Both the position numbers and the translations under genes were made by a program. This document shows, one piece after another, positions 1 to 10,708 of a DNA stretch of 20,000 nucleotides. A model generated the notes under the pieces. The model made no database searches, had not been told where the DNA came from, and saw only the letters and a list, made by a program, of their open reading frames with translations. The DNA comes from Psammoneis japonica (lineage: Eukaryota), in the NCBI GenBank assembly GCA_008632985.1, contig QPGO01000204.1, forward strand, positions 113,248 through 133,247, read 5' to 3'. Position 1 is the stretch's first letter; each line of letters opens with the position of its first letter.

Positions 1-1050
1 TTGTCTGTTTGTGAGACAACATAGAGCGCACATGTGACGGTTGCGACCATGCGCGACATGTGGCTTGACAACTGCAGACATGTCTGTGGCCAGTCAAATG
101 CCAATCATTGGCATTTCCTGGAAAGATGTGGCTTGTCTGTCTGCCACAACAGCCCAATTTTGGCGGAAAGTGGCGGTTTGTTGCATGTGACAACCAAGGC
201 AAGCACAACAATTGGTGTTTGAAGGTCAATGCGTGTAGTTCACATGAAGGTCTAACAGCCCTGATGGGGGCTGGACACACTCATGTGTTTTTGGGGGTGC
301 TCAGAGGCTTCGCAAAACAACACGGGCAAAGCACAGGGAAATTTGAAAATCACGAGCCATTTAAAAGAACAGCAATGGGAGTGAAAATGCAGAATGAAGT
401 TGGCGTGCGGTTCAAGAAAAAAAGTCAAACACAAATCCCTCTGGCAATGGCATGAGACAAATGATGCGGTTGCAGCCCTGCGAACAGGGTGTGGCAGAAG
501 ATCATGCGATCAGTCGGTCAACGCGCCGCTTTGCAGCAATGCGCACCAGAGATAAAAGGTCAAGGAAAAATTGCACCAGAATGAGATCATTGCTTTCTTT
601 TGGAGAGGATTTAATGCACCCAAACCGCCACAGCAAGGACAATCACGTTAAGTGGAGAATTCAAAGTCAGTGCAACCTCTGAGAGAAAATCTTTGCCTCT
701 GAGGGAGAATCTTGTCTTCAACAAAGACTGACAGAATTTCACAATTGCATGGACCAGAACAACAGCATGCAGTTCACTGCTTGGAACAGTGATCTTGGTG
801 GGCCAGCAAGTGGAAAAGGGAATGTTCAGGACTTGCAAGGATGAAACAGGAAGTTGTGCTGATGTGACAAGAAGGTCGTTGGAAGAAATGTCATTCTCGT
901 GTAGAATTGACACTGAATCTTGCACAGAAAAGCCAATCCACGCAGCAAAAGGACGGTCGTCAGGTGATGCCAATGGTTCACCACAACAGGGACTGTGCTT
1001 TCACCACATGCACAAAGGAGACATGTTAGAAGCCATGCAAAGATAAAGTG

Positions 1051-1156
1051 GTGAGTTTGTGTTATGATTTTGCTCACAGTTGTTGACTCATCTTGAAATC
1101 TGTGTCTCAGATGTTCTCACTGCTTACACCCTCCCGTCTCTTTTGGCCTTCTACAG
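1051..1156 (+). other. Putative intron of a degraded host gene in the left flank
   Basis: GTGAGT donor, pyrimidine-rich 3' end, CTACAG acceptor, 106 bp. Confidence 0.45.
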
Positions 1157-1727
1157 CAACTGGCTTACAATCACCTGCCAGCATGGCAGTTTTTGGTGAT
1201 TGATGAACTGTGCAACAAACATTGGGTGTGTTGCCCTGACCATGGCAACGAACAAGGAGAGCCAGCATTCAATGTGTGGCTGGCTCGATCGAGCCGAGAG
1301 AAAGGATCAACATGTCCAATTGCAGGGTTCTGTTGTGGTGTGCTCAAAACGTCCCAACAAAAGATTCATTTTACAGTGTTGGATGGCCTTGGGAGTCGTT
1401 CATGCCGACAACCGCAATGGCTGCGAAACGATGGAGAGTGCCAGCTCTAGGAACAGCCAGGTCTGCTCTAGAGAGGCGCGCAGCCCATCATGCGGCAGTC
1501 TGTGTCCCGCGCCCCGGTGCGTGCTTGAAGACAATGGACAAAGCATGCCAACAACAACAAAAATGGCGAGAACGAAGAACCATCGATCATCGTTTGTGCG
1601 ATGGCGCACACGCACACACAAGAGCAGCAATTGCACCTGGAGAGCATCTAAAAACAACATTGGAAACATGTGGTAAGTTGACAACGCTCTGACTTTCAGT
1701 GACAATGCCATTTTTGAAGTTGCACCC

Positions 1728-1732
1728 CTCAA
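1728..1732 (+). repeat. Target-site duplication CTCAA (left copy; right copy 9153-9157)
   Basis: Identical 5-mer immediately flanking both LTR ends. Confidence 0.93.
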
Positions 1733-1987
1733 TGTCAATGTTCTGGGTTTCAATCGGAACTCGTGCGCGATCTCATGCGCGTCTCTGCTTCAAGACACAC
1801 ACCAAGACTGGCTCTTGTGTGCTGCAGTTTTTCATTCGATTTTCTCCTCACAATTTCAAGATGACAACAGTGCAACAACACCTTTTTTTTGGTCTCATCA
1901 CCTTGATCTGCCTCTGCCCAGCCAGATCAACCTCTCTTCGACCTCTTCACGTCGAAATCCCAATTGCTCCGTTCCTGAGTCATTGCA
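1733..1987 (+). repeat. 5' LTR (255 bp, contains no TpA)
   Basis: TGTCAA...TTGCA; aligns end to end with 8892-9152 (about 27 substitutions, one 7-bp and one 1-bp indel). Confidence 0.96.
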
Positions 1988-2000
1988 GGTTATGAGCCCA
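1988..2000 (+). other. Primer-binding site complementary to the anticodon arm of initiator tRNA-Met (half-tRNA priming)
   Basis: GGTTATGAGCCCA directly after the 5' LTR, complementary to GGGCUCAUAACC; same type as the Drosophila copia PBS GGTTATGGGCCCAG. Confidence 0.85.
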
Positions 2001-2115
2001 AGTGTCATGCTTGCGACTCTGCCGCATTGCGCCATCGTTTCCTCAAGAAGCGAATTCTCACCCCAGCACATCTAGGTGCATTTCCATGCACCACGTCGAC
2101 ACATTTCAGACGCTC

Positions 2116-2601
2116 ATGACAGAGACGCCATCTCTGGCAATGGACGAACTCATCACTCAACCAAACAACCTTCAGCTTCAGAGTGCTGAACTCCTGCGAC
2201 AAATCGAGGAAGAACGAGAATGGCCAGCCCACAATCCTCCTCCGACTGCCCCTTGAGAAGACACTTCAAGGGGAGAACTCACCACCCAAGACTTTCACGC
2301 AGGAGACCGCGTGTGCATCACGAACGAAATCCGTGGTGTCCGGTTCAGACAAGCAAACGTCCAAGACCGCCAGGCCACAGTCACTCAAATCACTGCCAAA
2401 CACGTCTTCGTACGCACGGACAACGGCAGCACAACAAATTGTCATCCAAAGAACCTTGTTTTCCTTGCCCAATCTCAAGATGACTACGAACGCTGCTCCA
2501 GTCTCTGCTCCCGACTCTGCCAAGACAGGGACGACTCCTCCTCCTTCGGTTGCGCAGACCAAGCTTGGCCAGGCCACTCCAACGACGACCGTCACGATTA
2601 A
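2116..2601 (+). pseudogene. Extra ORF upstream of gag (about 161 codons; N-terminal helix plus putative KOW/SH3-like beta domain), one in-frame TGA
   Basis: Track ORFs 2002-2256 and 2311-2601 share a frame and are split only by TGA 2254-2256 (likely CGA->TGA): MDELITQPNNLQLQSAELLRQIEEE...DFHAGDRVCITNEIRG...ATVTQITAKHVFVRTDNG...PKNL. Confidence 0.6.
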
Positions 2602-4027
2602 CGGCCGCACTGTTCAAGTTCGGAAACAGCCAGAAAACTCACTCTCAGATGACCTCAGCCCTGCACACGAAGAAGCAGAGGGAGACGCTTGCTCCAGACA
2701 AGCTCAACGACATCTTCTCTCATGCCACAGCACCCAAGCAGCAAACCAAATTTGACCTTCTTGACATCAACATCGCCGATCCTGACAAGTCAGAGGACAC
2801 CTGCGACTTCTCCATGTCGATCCAGACCATGCGCGCAAATCACATCAAGTGCAACATGGACGACATTTTCCAGGTCGTCGATCATGTCACCCTCAAGACT
2901 CGCAACTTGCACACCAACTGTTCGACTGTCACCGTTGCTGAAGTCACTGCGAGCAACAAGTGGCACTCCACCATGCTCGACAACCCGATGGCAAGTGGGC
3001 TTCTCAGAATCTGAACCTCACCTGTGATTGCGCCATCAAGCACGCTTCTCCACCTTTGACCAAGAAAGTCAACGAGACTTGCCTGCGTCATTCTAACGAA
3101 GAGCGCGGTGGACCGCTCCACTTCATCATCATGATGAAACTCCTTCAGAGCGACTCTGAAGAAGCCGCACTTTATCTCGTCAAGCTGCTCTCATTGATCA
3201 AAATCACCGATTTTGATGGCAAAGACATCAGCAAGGTTGTCTCGCTCATCCGTGGTGGTGTTTCTCGCCTCGAGAATCTCAAGGACCCCACCGGCAAGAC
3301 TTGCATCCCAACCGATTTTCTTGCTCAGCTGACAAAGGTCTTCCAGACTTCCAGCATGGCCAAATTCAACGGACTCTTTGATCATCTCTCCAAAAAGTCC
3401 AAACTCAAGAAGTTTGTTTCTGTGGCTGCTTCAACTTCTGCTTCTGTGCCTGTCGAATCGATTGCGAACCTCCTTGACATTGCCGAGCGCAAATGTCATG
3501 CTCTGTGCGCACGCGACAAGTGGTCCGGCGTGACCACCAAGGCCAATGCCTCCTCCTTTGTCGCGAGCATCCTCAGCAAGTGCTTTGGTTGCGGCACCGA
3601 AGGATGCTCTGTGGACAAGTGTCCCAAGCCTTGCGATGAAGCTCGCATCAAGGCCAACAAGAAGCTTTGTTTCGACACCAAGCACAACAAGTCCAAAGCC
3701 GCCTCACCGGGCAAGCCTGCCAAACAGCCCCCAGCGAAGTGGAAGCCTCCGACCGACGAGGAACGCAAGAACAAGAATCGCCGTGACATCGACGGCAAGG
3801 ATTGCTTTTGCCATTTCAAGACCAAACGTTGGAAGCCTGTCAGCGCCAACGTCGCTGCGCCGCCTCCTGCATCAGCTCCTCCAGCTCTTCCGACACCTCC
3901 TGCAGCTCCGACACCGGGTGCCGATGCTCGTGTCGCCGCCACTGAGGCAGCAAAGGAGCTCGCCATCGCTGACGCGACTCAGGCCATGCAAGACACCTTC
4001 CGTGGTCTCCTGGGCGCCTTCACTTGA
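2480..4027 (+). pseudogene. gag: gag, frameshifted
   Basis: ATG 2480 (MTTNAAP), frameshifts near 2660 and 2985; zinc-knuckle-like CFGCGTEGCSVDKC, basic/Pro-Ala-rich C-terminus, TGA 4025-4027; lies between PBS and pol. Confidence 0.8.
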
Positions 4028-4989
4028 CTTCCCGGGCGCGCCACTGCCCTGCTCCCCACTTGGCACACAGCCCACCCTCAACCACCCGATCCTGGAAGGG
4101 ACACCCAGGTTTGGCTCCATTGTTTGTGTCTGTGGTTTGTTGTTTCGTTTCTTCAAGAGGGTGATTTCGGACATTGCGTGCCATCTGACTGTTTTCAGCT
4201 GTTGTCTCCAGCAGTCATGGGATTGTCTTTCACATGCTGTTCTTTGCAAAGAAACCCACAATGCTGCACTTCTCCAAGCAACCTGCACACGCTGACTTCA
4301 TCTTCGAGCCAACCCCACAACCTGCTTCACCAACTCCAAATCGCCGACTGCCTCGAGCGAAGCAGCATCCACTGCATTTGTGTCATGCGGCGTCCTGTCC
4401 TGCATCCAACAAGGACTCCTCCAGTCTGTCTCTGGAAACCCTGGACTTGGACGTTCAAGCGCAGGACTCCAGCTCCTCCTCGAAATCTGGATCCCGAACC
4501 AGACAATCCCTCAAGACGTCTCACATTGCGCCATCGCCGACACTCAAGACGCTACAAGCGCCCAAGAGGGCACTGCTCCAATCGCTCCTGTCGGAACCCT
4601 CAATGTGAAAACCAGATCTTCATGCAAGGATTCAAACAACTGGTCCTCTGAACCAGATGACAATCCTGGCAACAAAGAATTCGCCCGCATTCGTCATCGA
4701 TTGCTCCATCAATCATGGATCATGCATGATCTACAATTTGGCATCAATCTGGACTCTTTTGTCAAGTCCATTGACCCACTGCGACAGCTCTGTTGCTGGA
4801 GAATCTTGACTGCTCCTGAAGTCCTCGAATCCATCAACAATCGCGATCCGTTTTGCTGTCTCACCACCACCTTGAGCAACAACGAGCGCCAAATTGTCAC
4901 CTCACCTCAGTTTGGTGGAATTGCCATGTTTTCAAAACAGGCAAAACACATTCAGACCGCTGGAACACCAAGGAAGAAAGAACATTTTC

Positions 4990-7900
4990 AAGCTTGCCTT
5001 TCTTCCACAAAAACGGACACTCCAATCATCCCAGATGCCGGCGCTTCATCCTCTTTAACCCCGCACATCTCACCAACTTCATTGGACCTCTTGAACCAGC
5101 TTCGCATGCCGAGATCAAGGGCCTTGCATCCAGTGCCCGCGTTGTTGGAAAAGGCACCGTCAAATGGGACATTGTCGACTGCTGGAACGTCACTCGCACC
5201 GTTCGGACAACTGCCTGTCACGTCCCTGACTGCTCAATCAGACTCTTCAGTCCTCAAACCCATTTCCAAGAGAATGAGAACAATGGATGCTGCCACATCT
5301 GTGGCAACAAGTCCATCCTCGAGCTGGCAAATGGCAACAAACTTGAGTTCCCCTGCAATGCTGGGAATGACTTGCCTCTCATGCTCACTGCTCATCCTTT
5401 CAAAGGCGGCATTGACTCCTGTCATGTTGCCCCACTTTTGGATTCTAACTGTTCATTTTTGTCAGTTGCTGCTCAGACAAATCAGAACATGACACCAGCT
5501 CAAAAGGAGCTCCTTCTCCTTCACCAGAAATTCGGACATGCTGGATTCCAGTGGATCCAATGCCTTTGCAAGATTCCCTGGAGTGAACAGCACAGCCAAG
5601 TGCTCAAGCCGCGAAACCCAACAACCAATTCATGCGATGCACCTCTCTGTGCAGCTTGCCAACTGGCAAAGCAACAACGACGCAATCCCGACCATCGCAG
5701 CACATCCAAACCTCAAGAAATGACCCTTCGTTCCAAGGATCTTTGCCCCGGACAAGGTGTCTCCATTGACCAGTGCATCAGCCATCTCCCTGGCTGCTTG
5801 CCCAAGTCAAAAGGAAAGGAAGCCCCAAGAACAAGTGCAATGGCGGCACACTTTTTGTCGACCATGCATCGGGCTACGTCCATGTCAACCATCAAGTTGG
5901 ACTCACTGCTGGCGAGATGCTTCATGCCAAGCAACGCTTTGAACAGCACTGCAACACCTTTGGAGTCCAGGTGCAGCACTGCCATGCTGACAACGCATCC
6001 TTCGGTTCCAAGGCATTCCAAAGTCACATCAATGACAACGGGCAGAAACTCACCTTTTCTGGCGTTGGAGCTCATCATCAAAATGGGGTTTCCGAGCGTG
6101 CACACAAACCATGACCTCATGGGGTCGAGCTCTGTTGCTCACGCCATCCTCATGTGGCCTGATCAAGCCAATCTCGAACTGTGGCCTTTCGCCATGGAAC
6201 ACGCCGCTTGCATTTGGAATCATTTGCCCCGTCAAGATTCCCGACTTGCTCCTGTCGAGATTTTCTCCGGCCAACGCTTGTGTGGGGTTGTCCCGCGTAC
6301 GTTCTCGACCCGAAACTACAAGACAACAAAAAGATCCCAAAGTGGAACGCACGATCTTGTCGTGGACAGCATCTGGGCGTCTCCTCAGATCACTCCATTG
6401 GCATCGGACGGATCCTGAATCCAAACACCGGTTTCACAAGTCCACAGCATCACGTGGTCCATGATGACCATTTTGCTTCAGTCCCAAATGCTGATTCCGG
6501 CGGCATCTTTCACAATGCTCCGTTTGACGCTGGATCCTTCTGACAATCCAAGACACGGCCAACCATGCCTCCACGATCATTGGTTGACTGCGCGCGAACG
6601 TGCGCATCGCAACTGCCACCGCCAGTGACAAAAAGCCAACAAATCCGCTGCCAAGAATGCCCAACCCGCCACCCAGGACATTTCTGACTCCTCTTCTGTC
6701 TCTGCTCCAGAGGAGTGACAACACCAAAACATCAAACTGACGATGATGCAGTGGACGTGGGAGCATTCACTCCAGAGGGAGCCAAACCTCCAGAGGAAGA
6801 GACAGACTCTCTGCCTCCACCGGAACCACCGGATGACAACGAGTTGTCTCTTGTGGATCATTTTGATCTGCCAGACGACGATGATGCCGTCGCAAGCAAC
6901 AACACGCCACAGCCATCACCTCCACTGCAAGATGTGCAACCACGACGACCACTCAGAGTGGCCGCACAAGTGGAAACCGTCACGTTTTATCAAATCGATG
7001 ATGGCTCACATGTCCTTCCCAAACACTGAGTCTCCACAAGCTCACAAGAACCCGAAACGGACGGTCAAGGCTGAATCCTCTGAACCAGCAATTCTTGATG
7101 TCCTTGCAATGGGAAAAGATCACTCACACTCTCCAATCTCGTGACCTCAGTGCAATGTTCAACATTCTGCGTGCCAATGCCGACATTGACCACAACACAG
7201 TTGAAGAATTTCACCCTTTGGCCTTCGCAGCAAAGGCAAACTCGGGGCTGACAACCCTGCTTGGGACCAAGCAATGAACGGACCAGACCGTGCAGCCCAT
7301 TTGAAGGCTTGCGACGTCAAACTGGATGCTTTGGCAAAAGGCAAAGACGCTTGGGATGTTGTGGATTGTGAAGATTGGATGAACGTCCTGCCATCTGCTT
7401 GGGCGTTCAAATGCAAACGATTTCCAGACAGTCGCATCAAGAAACACAAGGCTCGATTTTGTGTTCATGGCAACAAGCACTCGAAGGCATCGACCACTTT
7501 GACACCTTTGCTCCAGTGGCAAATTGGACAACTGTGCACCTCATGCTCATTCTGTCTCAAATCTTGCAACTCTCTACAAAACAGGTCGACTGTGTTACGG
7601 CTTTCGTACATGCTCCGATCGACAAGGACCCCGACTTCGACAAGTTGTCGCCAGAGGAACAAGCTCGTTCCGGCGTCTACGTTGAAATGCCTCGTGGCTT
7701 TGCGGAACCTGGGAAAGTCCCAAAGCTCAAGAAATCCGTCTGTGGACTCAAACAAGCACCGCGAAACTTCTTTTTGCACCTCAAGTCCAAACTAGAAGGT
7801 GCCGGATTCACCGCTCAAGACGACGTCGATCCGTGCCTCTTCATCTCGGACAAAGTCATCTGTCCAGTCTACGTCGATGACACCCTCTTCTTCTCTCCCA

Positions 7901-8864
7901 AGCAAGAGCACATCGATGAAGTCATTGAAAAGATTCGCCTTTCTGGACTCGCCATCGAAGAAGAAGACTCAGTCGCGGGATTTCTCGGCGTGCACGTCAA
8001 GCGCGACACCGATTCAGGTGCTGTCAAGCTCACCCAGAGCGGCCTGGCCCGCCGTGTCGTGGAAGCCCTGAACATGCCTCATCTCCCAAAGAAATGTGCA
8101 CCAGCAACTGCCACTCCACTCATTCAAGATGCCGACGGCGACCCTCCTGCAGGCGCCTGTGACCATGCAAGCGTCATTGGCATGTTGCAGCATCTCGCCG
8201 GCCACTCTCGGCCGGACATCTCGTGTGCAGTGAGTTCCGCTGCCCGCTTTGTTCACTCACCTGAACGCTCGCACGAAATTGCTTTAGAGCGGATTGGACA
8301 ATGTCTCAAAGGGACCCTCGACGAAGGTCTCATTTTGCGCCCAACCGGAAATCTCGATGTCGACGCACACGTCGATTCTGACTTCGCCGGTCTGTGGCCA
8401 CACGAAGACAAGCAAGACCCTGCGTGTGTCAAGAGCCGCTCATTTGTGTCTCCAACTGTCCCATCATCTGGACAAGTAAACTCGCTCCCGAAATCGCACT
8501 CTTGACGATGGAAGCCAAGCACAACGCTCTGTCCTTCTGTGTGAAGAGCGTTCTTCCGTTTCAACGCGCCGTGTGCTGCATCTCTGAGTGCACCGGCATT
8601 GGCACCTGCATGTCTGCCACCTTCAAGACTGCTGTCTGGGAGGACAATGCCGGAGCTCTGACTCTCGCGAACATGGAACCTGGTCGGATCACTCCGCGAT
8701 CCAAGCACTGTGCTGTCAAGTGCCGCTGGCTCCGGTCCCATCTCAAGCCCAACGATGTCACTGTCCAGAAGATCTCTACCGATCTGCAAAGGGCAGATTG
8801 CCTAACCAAAGGGCTTACAAGGGACGCATTCGAGTCCATTCGCAAACTACTCTGTGGATGGTAA
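4990..8864 (+). pseudogene. pol: pol (protease, integrase, reverse transcriptase, RNase H), multiply frameshifted
   Basis: PR IIPDAGAS (~5025-5050); HHCC LHQKFGH...CAACQLAK; IN core SIDQ/ADN/HHQNGVSERA, WGCPAYVL; RT KARFCV, FAPV, GLKQAPR, VYVDD (7867-7881), SRPDI; RH DSDFAG, WEDNAGA, QRADCLTK; stop 8862-8864. Confidence 0.95.
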
Positions 8865-8882
8865 TTGATCTCTCACTCGTTC

Positions 8883-8891
8883 GAGAGGGAG
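8883..8891 (+). other. Polypurine tract
   Basis: GAGAGGGAG immediately before the 3' LTR. Confidence 0.88.
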
Positions 8892-9152
8892 TGTCAACAT
8901 TCCGGGTTTCAATCCGAACTCGTGCGCGATCTCGCGCGTATCTCTACTTCAAGATACACATCAAGACTATCTCTTACGTACTACAGTTTTTCATTCGATT
9001 TTCTCCTCACAATTCACAATTTCAAGATAATAACAGTGTAACAACACCTTTTTTCAGTCTTATCACCTTGATCTGCCTCTACCTAGCCAGATCAACCTCT
9101 CTTCGACCTCTTCACGTCGAAATCCCAATTGCTCCGTTCCTGAGTTATCGCA
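8892..9152 (+). repeat. 3' LTR (261 bp, 14 TpA)
   Basis: TGTCAA...TCGCA, preceded by the PPT and followed by TSD CTCAA. Confidence 0.96.
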
Positions 9153-9859
9153 CTCAACATGCTTTCATCGGTTGCTGCTGCAGACGAATTCTGGCGACGC
9201 TTCCAAAGGTCCTGCATCGAATTTGCGTCTCCTCTACCAGCTGCCACAGTCAATCACGGGTATGTTTTGCAGTTCCAATGGAGAATTCGCTGCTGCTTGT
9301 CAAGTAGTAACGCCGTCACCAACATTGGTACCGTCGGCGGCAACCAGCAGTAGCCTGTATGGCTCTGCTTGTCTTGTCATGCGGGTTTATGCCATTGCAA
9401 CGAGTTTGTTCATGGTCTTTACTACAATGGTTTGAACCATTGCTAACGAGCGGAGCAGGATTGGGGAAAAACTAATGGTCAATTTCTCAAAGTATTGAAA
9501 GGGGACGTGAAGAGGGATCGAGACGCAGACACATGAACAGGCGGTTTCAGAGCAGTTAAATTTGTTTGTTCGATTGCAATGGCGGCCAAAAATACACGAG
9601 GCCCGAAAGGAACGTTCAAAGACGAAATCGAGGGGAAAAAGGGTGCCGTAGTAGCCTCGATGATGCACGAATGTCTACCACAAACAGCTGGACTCGAAGG
9701 CAGCATGGTTAAGTATCATATATGGAGAAAATTGTGTCATGCTTCTCTACTGGCACCGGTAATTTGGATAATGCTCAATCCGAGTAAGAAAATGGCGATG
9801 AATTCGACGAGAGCTTGCCAAGAATATTCCCCTCTCCAAGTTTGAATGGAAGTTACGTT

Positions 9860-10708
9860 ATGTGGCGAAGAAGGGAACTGCTTTCGGTCGACTCTTTTGC
9901 TTTACTTTAAGATACCGTACGACACCAGTGACGAGCATTGTCTGAATCGAATGGTGATGATGTAATGTACGGGTGTTTCTCGCACGTCCCGTGGCGAGAA
10001 TAATCCATACTTAAACTGTAAGCTTGGTCTCAAATATGGGAATCTCAGTTTGGGTATGAGAAAGTTTGCAAAATGCAGGCCTCAGCGAGAAAAGGGAAAA
10101 GGCTGGGGGCTCGTTGCCGTCAACGGTGCAGAATGGGGTGAGCTCATTCAGGAGTACACTGGTTAAGTTATCGACGAAGAAAGAACGAAGAAACGCCTTG
10201 AAGCATGGGCTAGAGACCGTCCAAACGACGCCATTTTCTACGTGATGTATCTTGACACCGGCTGGTACATTGATGCGAGCAATGAGGCCAACAGAGTTGA
10301 TTCGTTAATCATTCGTTTGATCCAACCTGCAAACTGGTCCGAGTCAATGTTGGAGGGTACTTGCACGTTGCCATCAAATCCTGTATGAACATTGTTCCTG
10401 GAGAATTTCTGATTTACGACTACCAGTTTGATACAAGGGATATTTACAAGTTTCTCTGTAGATGCGGTGCTGCTAAACGTCAAGGCACCTTGGTGGGAAA
10501 GGAGTTCCAAGATTGTGCCGAGCAGAAAACAAAGGGACAGGAATGAGGAGGTGCGAGGGTACGCTTGTACCGCGACAAGACATTTCTTGAGGACCTTAAG
10601 AGACACGCAGCACACAGACGTTTGCATGTTTCAGATCTTGTGCCGTGTACTACCAAGACGAGACCGTTGCGAGTGGACCGCAAGATTGCGATCGAGAGTT
10701 TGCAGTGA
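9860..10708 (+). pseudogene. AWS-SET-postSET histone lysine methyltransferase (Set2/NSD/ASH1-like, H3K36 class) pseudogene
   Basis: CLNRMVMM*CT...GKGWGLVA...ELIQEYTG*VID...FYVMYLDTGWYIDA...FVNHSFDPTC...GEFLIYDYQF...FLCRCGAAK; TAA at 9963-9965 and 10164-10166, frameshift ~10295, TGA 10544-10546. Confidence 0.9.

Larger units (their letters stand above)
1733..9152 (+). mobile_element. Full-length Ty1/copia LTR retrotransposon (diatom CoDi-like), inactivated
   Basis: Direct LTRs starting TG and ending CA (1733-1987, 8892-9152); 5-bp TSD CTCAA at 1728-1732 and 9153-9157; PBS and PPT present; domain order gag-PR-IN-RT-RH. Confidence 0.97.

Noticed and set aside
4028..4700. env-like gene
   Set aside because: Lies between gag and protease rather than after pol, and shows no recognisable env motifs.
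1733..8770. ADAR or APOBEC editing of the retroelement RNA/cDNA
   Set aside because: A->G and T->C are about equal on the same strand, only one LTR is affected and flanking DNA is also depleted.
8892..9152. Classical fungal RIP (CA/TG->TA) acting on the 3' LTR
   Set aside because: Conserved Tyr, Leu and Thr codons in pol show TA is ancestral, and there is no excess of TAA/TAG stops; the 3' LTR has ordinary TA density.
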